Under the pieces are notes generated by a model. The model worked only from the letters and a program-made list of their open reading frames with translations, was not told the DNA's origin and ran no database searches. From positions 186,001 to 250,000 of the forward strand of contig NOWV01000012.1 in assembly GCA_003344405.1 (NCBI GenBank): a DNA stretch of 64,000 bases, in the 5' to 3' direction. The translations under genes were made by a program, and so were the position numbers. The stretch is from Trichoplax sp. H2. Lineage: Eukaryota. Within the stretch, counting starts at the first letter, position 1, and every line of letters starts with the position of its first letter. Shown piece by piece: positions 42,128 to 56,400 of this stretch.

Positions 42128-45100
42128 GTTTCCTACTACTACGAAATCTTTTACCCTCAAATGGCTGAAATATATGCGTTAATCAGTACCGTAATTTAAT
42201 AAAGTTAAAGACTCTTAAGTCTAGTCATAAAAGCAGATTCTCTTGTTAGTGATATTTGGTTCTAATCCAATGATCGCTGGCTTTGCTTGTGTAATATTCA
42301 CTTTCGCGGCTATGCACGCAATCTATTTCAAGGACTCTTCCAACAACGATGGCTTTATACGAATGAAGGTATTAATCAAATATCACATTCAAGTAAGTAT
42401 TCACGCTTGTCAGCACCTTTTACTTTAATTCCTTAAATTAAGTATTATTGGTAAGGCTTTTATAATTTTAACTGAAAGGCTCAGCTAATGTGACACATCA
42501 TATGGTATAATAACATATATTAGAACCAGGAATAGATGAAAAATTACTTTTAAATTCTTTAAACTGATAGCAGCGCCCAAAAATTCATAAAAGATTGGAG
42601 TAAAACACTAAGGTAAAAATATTTCTCTTGAAATCACTTTTGCCCAAAATGTGGATACACTTAAAAATGATGAATCCTGCGATATTTCTTGACAATACGG
42701 CATATAAAATAAGTGATGTTAGGCTAAGAGCTAATCAAGGACAACCGATATCTCACATTGAATACCGATGCTACAAATTAGAATTAATAAGGTTGGACAA
42801 TCTGCCGAGAAAAGCTATACGGCAATAGAGAATGCACTGACAGTAGATGATATTATTGATCTATAGGTTATACAATAAGGTAGGCTAAATGTCAAGGCTA
42901 TATACCAGAGATTTGACCTCTCTCGAAAAGGTATTGCCAGCAAGAAGAATCGGATACAACATCCGCTTATTTATTGTAATAAAATCACAAAGAAAAATTA
43001 ATTATTTGCATGAGATCAAAATCTCAACCTACATCATCGATACGTTGATAATAACATCTCCTGCTGATTTAACGATAGTGTGATAAAACAAATTGCTGAA
43101 GATGATAACGACCAGTTATAGTTTAATCATCAAGTATTAAGTATGAGATAAAGTTGTACACTAACACTGCAATAGCAATGCTTTAATTACTAATAAGATG
43201 CGTACAAGATAAGAATCAATATTATTTTACATAAAATAAGTCGGAAGTTAAACACCTGTCGTTGTATTGTTAAAAGAATTTAGTTTTCTTGAATGATAGA
43301 GCTTATTAATATCTCCTAACAATAAATTTCAAAGTAAATATCAAATCAGAAGTAGAGATAGAAGGTATAGCGATTTACTTCGCGATTAAATAACAATTAT
43401 AATAAACTAATACTTACGTAATTGAAATGCTAAAAATGACCTATTCTTCTTCCGTGGATGGCGTTACAAAGCTTGAAGTAATGATTGCAATAGATTATAT
43501 CATAGGCTTTGTTCTGTCGTCAACAACCCTTAACACCACAAGATAACAGTTCTAGTGATACTGTTATACCCACATATGAATCTTAATATATCGTAAATTT
43601 ACTATATTTTATTTCTCTTGACTAATAATATTTATGTTTTAGCTTTGCTCGTTTGAGATGAAATTGAAAACGAAATTCTTTCGGTAATCATACCACCCAT
43701 TATTACGGATAGAGAGTTAAGACTCGTTTTTAATCGTCACGTTCAATTTTAATGAAAGAAAATTGTTATCTAATTTCACGAATTTCAGATTTGACAGTGA
43801 TTAAATCTAAATCTATTTAAAAATATTACTAAAATTCATATTACTTTGAGCGATAGAAAATGTGTTGCTGGATAAAAAGGGTTCTAATGATTAACTATAT
43901 GACTCGGGATTCAAAAAGTAGCTAGTAATATATCGTATTTCTTCAAGAAATTATTTTGGAACGAACTGTTTAAAAATGATGCGTAGCACCAGAGAACAAT
44001 ATATTCAGAATAAAATTTTACTTGAGCTTCGTCTTATCTCATAATTTTACATTTTTGGTTTGGCAGTTTCTTCCTTCCTTTTATTAGCCTCTAAATTATT
44101 TTAGTCAGATATTTCGTGTGAGAAATTCGCAATTAAATCTTTGCCTAATTACGACTTTATAAAATTACTTCATATAAGGTCTCCAGATATGTCTAGATAC
44201 TTTTAAATTTGCTGTCTTCATGCTACAATTTGTCTAAACCAGTTAGCCTGTGATACTACCTCACAGATATCCCTATAATACCACTCAATTTAACTTTTAA
44301 TTTTACTTTTGAATCGAATTATCTATATATATGTATATTATTTTATGTCGAATCGACAAAATAGGATAATTTCAATCAATCTTTGGGATCAAAGTCTTCG
44401 CTATTTACCTTTTTCTTTCCTGACTAAATATTATTAAGAATATTCTGTAATTCAACAAATTATCTGAAACATCCAGACACAGAGATCAAAGATTACAATA
44501 AGTATAATGTAAAAGATAATCTTTATCGTCTACAAATGAGTTCTTTATCATCAATAGGGAAACTGGGCACTTTCAAAACTTGTCTATAACAATTGAAGGT
44601 ATTTTAAATCCACTTCAGTCCTCGAACTTTATCGTTATTTACTACTTTAAATAGTCTGTTAATTGATACATGATAAATGTTGTTCATATCAAAACGAGTT
44701 CAATTCTGTTAGGATCTTAACAATGCTAAATTGGATATCATTAACTCGATCATGACATTGCTTTGGATTGATAGATTCAAAATTTTAATTTTTTTATATA
44801 AAAATCGCCCATAAAAGAACCAATTAGCCTAAAAATATGAATAAAAAATCGTATAAATAAATTTATATCCTATAGTTATCAAATTTTGATTTTTTTTAAC
44901 TTTGTCTTAATAAATGGGTTATGTAAAATTATAAGTATTAATTCTTTCTAACAATTTACTGTTTAATAAAAGCTTGACGATGATAAAAATTTCGAAACAG
45001 ATAGTAAGTGCACGAAAGCATTAAAAAATCTTATAAAATTCATTTATTCTGACGCCTTCCGCGAAAACAGTATAAGTATACCTTCTTTATGCCTAGTTCA

Positions 45101-48100
45101 TACCGTAGGAGTACTGTATGAATTCTACATCATGTACTATTAAGAACATGAAATTAAGGTACTTCTCGATTAATCAGAGTGATGAAATCGTATATATAAA
45201 TTAGTTTTGGCAAGTACCTATCTAAGTGACAGGCTATAATTCTTTCTAATAACTTGTTGTTCAATAAAACTTACATAATTAGGGTTTTGATGTAGCTAAC
45301 ATTAATTTCGTGAAACTAACACGAAAATCGTGCAGTAGTTTACTGATTATAATATTAGTAAACTATTAACAGCGATGATCAGTTGACATCATTACTATAC
45401 AGTAACTCATATTTTGTAAATTTATCTTTATTTAAAGTTTTGAAATCTTTACTCATCTTGTAAATAGTAAGTGTTAAATCTATCTTATAAAAAGCATTCT
45501 ATTTGCTTAGAGTTATGATACGGTATCGGCCAATTCACCATCAGTTACCTCATTGATTACGACCCTAATTATAATTAGTCAAAAAACAGCTGTGGTCTGG
45601 TTCATCATACTATGCTTATTTACCTGCATTATTGTAATGAAACTGTCTTAATAAGTTCTCATAACAATTCATGTTGTTTTTAAGCTTGCTACATGTAAAT
45701 AATTGGTATAATTTAATGAAACTTCGTAGAGTCTAGCAATGTACATAAAAATGTGAAGCTGGGTGCTTTTAAAATTAAAAATATTTATTGATTATAATCA
45801 ATCACATCATACCTTTAATTATGTCATATCGTATGCATTTACAACGGACAGTAATATTAATTAACATAACTTTTTGAATAAACATATTTTATAGGAGCTG
45901 TCGCTGTTTCTGGTACTTATAAATTTTGTGACACCGTTATTACAGAAACTTTAAGTTTAGTCATTAAATTTCCTTTCAGTTCCTTTACTATCTAAACAAT
46001 GTTATATCTGTAAATAACTTGAAAAACTGCCGTGTCTTAGCAGTAGTACGAAATATCACACTGTAACAGTAAATCGGCCACAATAAGCTCAAGTTTGAAA
46101 TAGTAAGATAATATTCGTATTCTTTGTTTAATATCGCTATAGTATTCTAAATTCCTACAATAAAGCGTGGGTTTATTTGTTCATTATTATTAATATTGAT
46201 GTTATAGTATGATTTATAAAGTAGAATCGAAACTGAACATGTAATAAGCTGATTTGATATTGCGTTGAAACTATAGTCTCATGAGATTGAATTATTTATT
46301 AAGTTAAGGCAGTATAAACAAGCATTAAATCAGAAGAATATACTGTAATAAAAGAAAGAGATCAATTATAGTTATGTACTTTTCACGTAGCTGTAATAAA
46401 TTCGTACACTGTACATAAAATTAGATAAGAAATTAATCGTGACTGGGCAATTAGAGAATATCTATGAGTTGTAGTATTAATTAAAGGTCCGGTACCTACT
46501 TTCATGCAGTAATATAATCGCGGTGTTTATTCTACTACGGTCGTAAAAATGAATTACATCATTCTCATAAAATAACAGGAATCTGAGAACACCTGCCTCA
46601 TCATCCCAACTTATACCTCCTACTTTTGCTGTCACTAATCCTCGATAATAGCATATAGGATAATTTAAACATGAGATTGTAAGTAGATTTGTCTATGGTG
46701 AGGTCTGGTCTAAGTATATTATGTTATTTCAGTAACTATCATAAAGCATCTTATACTTGTAATATTCATTGATATAATGTGTCTCTACGGTCTTACAAGC
46801 GATAAAGCAACCAAACATTTCATAACAACTTTCCTTAACATATACAAAGGCAACACTTAATGACGTATTTTTGGCAGATATACAATACTGCTATCATTTT
46901 TTGTTCACAATTAATAATACATATACTATTACTTAATTCAGTTATAAAAAATATAATGTACTAGTATTTTTAGAAATTTAATCATTCAATTTTATTTTGA
47001 TGGAACGCTACTAAATAAATAATTTGATATCTAATAACTTGGCTTTTTTTATAGTATTAAACTTTGTAATTTTTCGAAATCGTGAGTGGGAATTCACGTT
47101 GTAGCATACATTTTAAAACAATGGATTATCTGTATATGATAAACGATTTGCCTATTTTGTAAACTTTTCATATGAGGATCCAATACAGTATTTCGAATAT
47201 TGTTTAGTGATCAGAAAAAAACTAGTATAATTGTTTACTTCAAGACTTCTGCGCTAAATGATGAGATTTTAATCTCTATTCATGAAAATGCGATATAGCT
47301 GTTAATATCATATAGCATATTAAGAAATTGAATTGAAATATGATCATAAATAATAAAATGCGATAGTAATCAAACGTTAAAATGACTGATGTAAAAATGA
47401 TTCATTTATTCACTAGGATAAGTATAAATTAGCGAAATAAGTTCAATTTACGAGTTTATATATGATTAACTAGAAGATTCATTTCTTTGATCTCCACAAT
47501 TTATACATTTACGATTAAAACTCTGACTCGATTATTCACAATTTTAACGTTACAGTAATTAAACTTTTACTTTAAATTTAGCTGTTATTAAATAGACTGA
47601 AGTATTCAATTAAAAATCTACGATACGCTTGATGTATATCATAAATGACATCTTTTATAACTATATCTCGTAAGACTTTCAGTTTTTCTACTTAGAAAAA
47701 GTATTTTAGATATCATTCACTACTATAAACACAGCTACTGCGGTATAAAACAAGGTTTTAGCACATTGGTTGCTTAAAAAACTACATCATTTTATCTTCT
47801 TGTTCATCTAGGAGGTTATGATTGGACGATGAATAAAATGCTAACTGTTATTGAATGTCAAAGAAGTTTTATTAGCGCAATCTTTAATAGATGATGTAAT
47901 TACCTATCCTTTCTTTAGCAGTGTAAACTGTAATATAGTTACAATTTGGAAATTATACTGATAAATTATGATTTCGTGCTTGTTTGTATAGATTAATTCT
48001 AAAATGATATATGATAATACGTAAGAGGGCGATGACTAAAGAAATTTTGATCTCGTTAGCACTATCAGGGTATACAGGGTATAGAGAGCGTGATAGCTTT

Positions 48101-48447
48101 ACAACCATCCTATCCATAGATTACTACTTAAATGAATTAACTTTAGAACTCATTACTTCCCAGGAAGACCATATGGCGTCCTTTTTTCCTTTATAAAGCC
48201 TGTAATAATGTTTGAAACTGACACATGTTACGTAGATGAGGTAAAGCTTAGTATGTCAATATAAAAGATATTTAAAAGTGTATGCATGTGTTTATTTGTG
48301 CATTAACAACACCGAGCCCATCGATTGTGCATTAAATAAATTTTGGGCTTATAGTACATCTTCTAAGAAATATTTACGAGTAGTGTGTTTTAGCAGGACT
48401 ATAAAGTCGTAGTTAATCCATAGCGGATAAAATTCTTTTGGATTGAT

Positions 48448-49624
48448 ATGGAGTACCAAGCTCTCGATCGTACTATTGAAACAATCCCGGGCAATAGTCA
48501 AATCGACAATGGATCTGATCAATCCTCGTTACCACTCTTGAATAACGACTCAAATAGTACAGTAGATAACCTAAATCATGTTTCATCAACTATTGATGAT
48601 ATTTATCAAGCTAAACGCACTACACCAAACTACTTCAAGTTTGCCTTAGAAGTCTTTAGAATTCTAAGAACAACAGGTAATTTGATAGCTGTAATTAATC
48701 TATAAGAGAATTCGTCTTTCTTCTTATTCATAGAGATTACGCCTAAGTTTTTCGGAGATTTCAATCACAGGCTTACTAAATTTTCAGCTACGGTGTTCAA
48801 ATTGAAATTTTATTTGACAGTTGGGTATACCGTAATCTCCAGCCTACTATTGGTGCTCCCTATAATTATGATCGCGATTGGTAAGGACTTTAAATCTAAT
48901 TTTAAATTACATATTATACTAATACTTTTATGTTTTATCAGCCAATTTTATACACCTAGCTGTATGTCACCATTAATTATAACTATCAAACCAAATCCGA
49001 TAGCCATTTCTGGATTAGATTGTTATATCATCCTATAGCGTAAACTTTTACGAGTTATTATAAAATATCGTTGATATAAAATCATCCAGCTTGTATCATT
49101 TTTCGGACATAATCATGATCCTATTTTAAATTGCGATACTTAATAGTCTTATAGAATAAATCGTACAAAGACTATGTTTTCTAAATAGTTACATTTGTTT
49201 AGGTGCAAAGTTTGAAAAGCAATGCCCGATACAACCGATGATACCGAAATTTTTGATAATTGGCGGATCGTTTTTAGTGTTAAAGTTATCGTTAGCTATT
49301 CGCCAACAAGGTCAAGAATCAAACATCAGTCAAGAAAATCACTATCATTTTGACTGTTATGTTATAACAGACCAAATAATATCGGCATTCCTATTTATAT
49401 GGTTTCTATTGGGTAATATTTGGGTATTTAGTCATGCAAATAATAATGCTGTATGGCAAAGTAATGAGCCCAGCAAACAATCACCGTGTAATATAGTCTT
49501 ATATAGATTTTCATTCGATCTTGTAATATCCGTTTATATTTTTTATCTACTCTTAATTGTGATAACAATCGTTATCTCATTTTATGCCGCAATAACTTTC
49601 TATAGAAGGAAAATAGACATATGA
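48448..49624 (+). CDS. TMEM272: TMEM272-like four-TM membrane protein; exons 48448-48676, 48821-48880, 49203-49624; ~236 aa
   Basis: LPIIMIAIGAKFEKQCPIQPMIPKFLIIGG, FLFIWFLLGNIWVF and CNIVLYRFSF resemble TMEM272 family motifs; in-frame GT-AG introns. Confidence 0.72.
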
Positions 49625-50669
49625 TGTATTTTAATCAGGTTACATGTGTATAAAGTATTGATGCAGAGGATAGGTATGCTAACCATAGATAGATTTTCTC
49701 TCAGCTGTATGCAAACTATCATTTGAGAAGTATTATACCTGATTTGAATAGAGTATAAGGTACACCAGGCTTTAAAAAATATTCGGCGACGCAGTCTACT
49801 AATTATAATATTTTTTGGTGATGTTATAGTCTATTCAAGAAATAACATAGTGATATAAGATTAGATAAATATTCTTATACGATATTTACTTGGTAGCATA
49901 ATGTACATTTAGAAATTCGTTTTTAACAAAATCTTATTTTTTTATATATATAATGCAATGTGTAAATTATTATGATAGATAATTGCAGAAATCTATAACA
50001 ATACAGTCAGTTTTAGCCCATTTTTTTTATCACGGTGCAGCTGAAATACTGTCATTATAGAAATCATTTCAATGCTGTATTTTTGTAATTGCACCTTCTA
50101 ACGGTAACCTATAGACCCTTAATCACGTCGTCATGCTATGATAAACTGACCATGGTATTTACGGACATTACATTACTTCGTCAATTTTAACTCAATCGCA
50201 ATCTAGCATGCTAATATCATTACTGAACTCGTCATGTAAATATGCTACGACTATAGTTACTCGGTAATATAGAGCAAAAAGGCAAAATCTATTCAGGACC
50301 ATTACTTTATAGAGTGTAGAATACAGCCAGTAGTCGTTTTGACATGACACAGATGATTTTACCAGGGCAAGTACAGTAATGGCATCATTTTTGTCAGAGA
50401 TATGCGCTAACGGTAATACGCTCAAGCCTACAGCAAGAAGTAAATTGCTGCAGGTAACATCATTTTTTTGTGAATACAGTGCAATGCTATGGTGAGACAT
50501 GTATGATAAACAATATCCACACTGATTGAAGTAATTTACAAGGGGAGATTTTTTTCTTTCCATCTTTGTGCATGCAAAATGGAATGTATAGCTGACTGAT
50601 CCGGCTGATTTTGCAAGACTTGCTGCAGCTGTGACGCTCAGATGCTCTGCACCTGGGACCGATACGGAA

Positions 50670-50830
50670 GAGTACAGTACGGTACCGTACAGTGACATGT
50701 ATCGTAAGACAAGTACTATACACTGTAAAGTACAGACTGTGCACTGTACTGTACAGTACAGTACTGTAGCGAAGGACAAGTACAGTACTATACTGTACTG
50801 TGCTGTACACAAGTTAGTAACTGTACCAGA
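50670..50830. promoter_or_regulatory. ACTGT/ACAGT array upstream of MBTPS2
   Basis: Dense GTACTGTACAGTACAGTACTGTA run ~200-370 bp upstream of the ATG at 51042. Confidence 0.5.
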
Positions 50831-51041
50831 CTGCGGTTTGCAGTCGTTGAACATGAGACTGTATTAAGTCTATACTACGCTACACCACGGTATTGAATTC
50901 AGTCCGTCACGCCGGCTCCGTTAAACCATCCAACTTCGATGCTGCGAGATTAGCTTTGCATTTCTTAGTCTTCAAATAGGAAACTGCAAGACGCAAAAGA
51001 CAAATGATAATGCCATTTTAATCCTGATATATCAATCATCC

Positions 51042-54000
51042 ATGGCCTTATCACTTGGACTCATACCTGGCTTAGCTCTATTTTGGTGTATGCTATTTAT
51101 ATTCGATAATTTATTGAAGGTAGGAAATGCAATAACCAGTCCTTTACTCTCGTACATCCATGGACTTCAACAGGATGACTCACTATTCTACTATTCGTTA
51201 TCAGCTGACATTATCAATGCTCCGTTAGTCATCGCTCAAACATAACTGACTAGTATAACAATATTGCACATGCTATCTTGGCCACTAAGCTCTTCTTCAA
51301 CTTAGCAATCACTATTAGTGTCACAACTTATTGTACAAACATTAAACCTCTAGAGCTAAGCGAGATATTGCAAAAGCGTTGTGTATTCGTTGTCATTAAT
51401 ATTATTACTTACTTTCAATGACTACATAGTAGCTAGAACATTGTACAATAATTGATTAGTTTATTTATAGCAGCATTTCTTGAAGTAAAATTTAAACTCC
51501 ACAAGGGCAAATTAATATCGTGATAATCGTTGCAATGTTGATTTCAAGTAAACCTTGATATACTTCTTGCGTAGTTTATCGTATTGTCATTGTGCATGCT
51601 ACGTAAGAGTATGATAGACGTAGATCTTCCGATAACTAATCTAATGATTATATATATATATATTATATATTTATTATTAGCATTTTCCTTGTACTGTAGT
51701 ACTGTATCATGGAATCATCGTACAGCTGTTGAAAATAACTCATACTAACGAATAAAATTGGGTGATTTTTCAATTGGATATCAGTAGTATCGCAAGAGAA
51801 ATTCGTACAGGTCAGGCAACAATAGCATGAACATTGGACATGTTCCAGTCCTCTTCAAAGCTATCCGCTGTACCCGCATAACTGTCGCACAATATCGATC
51901 GTCGATTCAGATGATATAATAATTCTCTTACGTGCCAAATCTGATCAGCAAACGTTAATACTGTTGTAAAATACCACATGACATTCTTAGCTTGAGGTCG
52001 AAGATAGTAATATCTATATTATGTACTTAGAATATTTACGTACATTTTACCTTGACTATTTCTATAAACGTACAGTATTACTTGTCATCAATAGATAGTC
52101 AAATCTTAGCATTTATGCAACTGCTGCAGTGATTTCCCTCGACGTACTGCAGTATGCAGAAATATTAATATAGGTAGCGTGCATTAATTGATCCAGAAAA
52201 AGGAAACAACAATCGGTTTATCAAATTCGTTATTCTATACTAAACTGTATTATCTACTTATAATATTTACGGTGTACTTCATGGATGGCGTATGCGTAAC
52301 TGTCTCTCATCAACATTTGGTTAAAATGAACCTTTTATCACCAATATGTGCTGTAGATTATTAGTATTTGAAATACAGTTTGATAATTATATTTAATAAT
52401 AATAATTCTCTCACTTCTAACTATTTATGCAGTGCGTATGCATTGATCATTCAATTAGGAAGATATAATATTTATTACAGCATTTCTGTATATTACTGTA
52501 CATACTTGTTTATATAGACTATTCACTTTACGATACAAAATAGTGCCAAAAAATCATACTTTCAAAGTGTTGTAACATAAAATCAAGTCAGCTTTAGTAT
52601 CTGCAATCCAGAATAATAAGTATTGGTATTGTTGTACACGTCTAATTAAATTTCTTTTTGATTGTTTATTAACTGAAAAATCAATTTACCGTTTAACGAA
52701 TTTCTAAAAATGTTTCCTCTTCTACTGTATTTGAATAATATCAATTAAAAATAATAATAGATGGATTTATATTATTACAATATACGAATATCTCTACAGT
52801 TACAAATATCCTATCACGCATATTATACCAACTTGTTAATAATTAATTTTTCTTATGTTTCATTCTATTAACAGAGAAGCAAATGGTCTGAATGTTATGA
52901 CAACTTTTTAAGACGCTATGGTATCACTATCTCATTAGCTCAAATTCGGGTGACAACCACGCGATTAAATCGGACATTTGTACAGATTGGCTGTTATTGT
53001 ACATATTTATGGAAAATTTGGTTTACTACTGGATTATGTTGTGGTCTTGTCATAATGGCATCTTCCATTTTTATTTTAACAATTACTGCTGTTCGGTCAC
53101 TGCTACCAAAAAAGCATACTGAACTTCTTCTTACACCAGTGGTAGGTATCACACAGCCAATTTAACGCATTTTCTATAATCATATGATAATAGCATACAT
53201 ATAATAACACTTGCGGTATGAAGAAGGTCGAAAGATGTTTTATGTCAAGTTTTTGTCCTGTACAATTTTCAAACTCAATAAATTTCGTGAAATTCTAATT
53301 TATTCTACCTCATATAGCAAGATTTTGCAACGTATGTTATTGAATACATTTACTTTTTAGTTGCCAGGGATCAATATAGGATGGAGTCAGCTGGTCTATG
53401 TTATCCCTGCTATAGCTATAAGTGGAATATTTCATGAATTAGGTCATGCAATCGCCGCAATCAGGTAAACTTATAAAAACCTCAAATAAGAACTGTAAGC
53501 ACAATTTGCTAGTCTCTTCAAAGGTTAATCATGTAGATAGAATAATAAGTATCTATTGAAAAGATAGGTAGCAGCAGCTTTAATTACCAATGGAAGGACC
53601 GTTATTTACTATTTAGAATGCATTACTATTTACAGAGTGTTGCGCTAAATGCGGTTTCGTCGCAAAAAATAGTGCAAACTCCGTAAAGTCAATCATTGTC
53701 TTATATTCCTTTGTCATTCCTAGGGAGAACGTTAAAGTCAATGGTTTTGGTCTCTTTGTGATGCTTATTTATCCTGGTGCTTACGTTGATTTGTCCTCAG
53801 ATCACCTATCGCAAATATCGCCGTATAGACAATTAAAGATCTATTGCGCTGGAGCTTGGCACAACATCGTATTGGCACTTTTATGTATAGTACTAGTGAA
53901 AAATCTTTCCATTGTCTTATGGCCCTTCTATGTAACCGGAGGTTCTATTGCAGTATTAAATGTGTTTTCGGTTAGTGCATGCACTGATACTAATTAATAA

Positions 54001-56201
54001 CTATCAGTTGAAATCAATAATGGATGCTATCATCATTCTCGTAATTTTTTATCTGACATATCTGTGAGCAAATTTGTAAGATATTCTTTGTCCTACCTTA
54101 CGTAATTACTTTACCTATGATTAACATCATTTGCTGCGAAAAATTTCTTATTTGGGTACTAATTTTATACACTATGGTTGTACAAATAGTAATAATTTAA
54201 TTCATTTTTTTAGGGCTCTCCCTTGTACAATGTTCTTGAACGCGGAGATATAATTACCAATATTAATGAATGTCCCGTTCAAAGTATATCCTTATGGAGA
54301 AGTTGTTTAAGTGACATACAACAACAGCCATTAACTGGTTATTGTGTTGACATAAGAACTTTAGAAAAAAGATATCATCATACTGTGAAAGGTGGTCATA
54401 TTAATAGTATATAATTTCATGTACTATTTCGTTTAGGAGTCTTTAACAAACGAAGTTGCTGTTGTACAGTATATTTCTGCACTCTATAGAATTTGTTAAT
54501 TCGTGCACAGTATGTTTACAGAAGTATTTTGCGTAATCACTGTTTAGTATCAAATTACTATGACTCAGGCGTAATACATGTACGGGTATCTTCGATCACT
54601 TCTATAGGAATCAAATTATATAATTTGAGTAAGAATTAAAATGAATTTCCGTAGACATTCTAAGGAGATATTAGATATTTTCTAAGAAAATATTGTAATC
54701 ACACAAGGCCATGTATAAACTGCACTGTTTTACATAAATAAACAAAAAAATGTAGATAGTTATCGAAGTGATCAGGAGAATCTTTTCATCTCATCAACTT
54801 CATCACATTACTTTACTCTTCCACTATAAACATATCATCAAATACATTTTATTATAGTTGATGTTAGTATATTTACTGTGTATTTAAAGCTTATTCTATT
54901 CTGAACTTATAGGCTACGAATTACTCATACTTTATCTGTAAGATTAGCGACTATTATAGCCATGTTGAAACCCATCGTTATGCCCCATTAACCTCGCTTA
55001 TATCCTAATTTTAGGTCCTATCTTCGATTGTTGCAATCGCACATCTAGCGATCTATGTTTTTCTTTTAAATCGATGCACATGCAAAAGGTTTGTTGAAGC
55101 CTAAAATTGAGTGCATTGCGTGAATGAAATTGAAGAAGTGATATATATTCCTTTATTTCTCTAGAGATCAAAGGTTTGCCTAAACGCCCGAAATACCAGT
55201 ACACGTTCTAGTTGTAACACCGATTTAGATTGCCTAACAAGTAAGGCGAGAGTATTCCTAATGTAGTTATATGATTATATTTTAATTATGTTCCTTGCAA
55301 CGCATAACGTGTCTAAATAATATTTTGATTGAAATATATCGATCTAAATGCATGTATAACTACTTGTAGCTAATAAATTTCGTCTTTAATATTTCCAATT
55401 GAAAATCTGCAACCCCAATTTGTAATCAACGATGTTGGTATTTTATTTGCTAATAAAGGTCAAAAAAGTACTTGCGTTATTCCGGTTCTACCAAAAGATT
55501 ATCGATTGCTTAGAATAAAACGAAATAGAAAAAAGGACGTCTTATATATCGATATTCCAAAGAACCTTCTTCAAGCAGGTAAAATAAACCGGTGTCCGTA
55601 ATTAAAATTACTCTCTGTAATGTAAAATACACTTATACAATTAAGACGAATCCGTTTTACCTCACATCCTTCGTTTTAATTCAAAGTTATTTTCGTACTA
55701 AAAATGAAATGCAATTTGAATCAGTTTTTTCAGTACGAGAATGATATTCTCATTACATAACTTTATAAACTTTATTATTAACAGTTAGTATTACAAATTA
55801 TCTTCCTCGACTTTCAAGTCTATCGGTTATGATTCCCGACAACGTGGAAAGGTTCTTATTGTATCCATCATAAACGTATTATATAAACGTTTTTTATTCA
55901 AGTTTCATTCTTCGGATTGCTTATAGTAAGCCTTACTGTATATGAATCAACATTTTACTCTGTTGTCCTTAACATTTTTAATCATAGGTACATAATATCA
56001 TTTTCAGCAGCGCTGGCTCTATTAAATTTGGTTCCAGCATATGCTTTAGACGGCCAATGGGTACTGATAGCCCTTACCGACTACTTTACTACACCATCTA
56101 ATAGGCGTACCGTAAACCGATTGCGATCCATTATACATATAATAGGAACTGGTTTACTTGTACTTAATGTAGCTATAGCTCTACGACCACTTATAATTTA
56201 A
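51042..56201 (+). CDS. MBTPS2: Site-2 protease (M50 intramembrane metalloprotease); exons 51042-51119, 52875-53141, 53361-53464, 53724-53970, 54214-54391, 55015-55088, 55165-55240, 55459-55578, 55785-55860, 55988-56201
   Basis: LTPVLPGIN, FHELGHAIAA (HExxH), YPGAYV, AGAWHN, PDZ-like region with Cys-rich insert, NLVPAYALDG. Confidence 0.95.
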
Positions 56202-56400
56202 TTATCTTGAATAAAACAGTTCCTGTATTTTAGTTCCGCGACATATATTTGATTTTTTTTTAACTCGAAGGCAATACATGGGGAAATAATATTGAGTAAA
56301 TAAAGCCGAATTATGAATACCCGAATAAACACATAAAATGCCTCAATAATTTTTTATAATTATTACGACTTTATTGGCTGAAATAAATGTAAAAAACATG

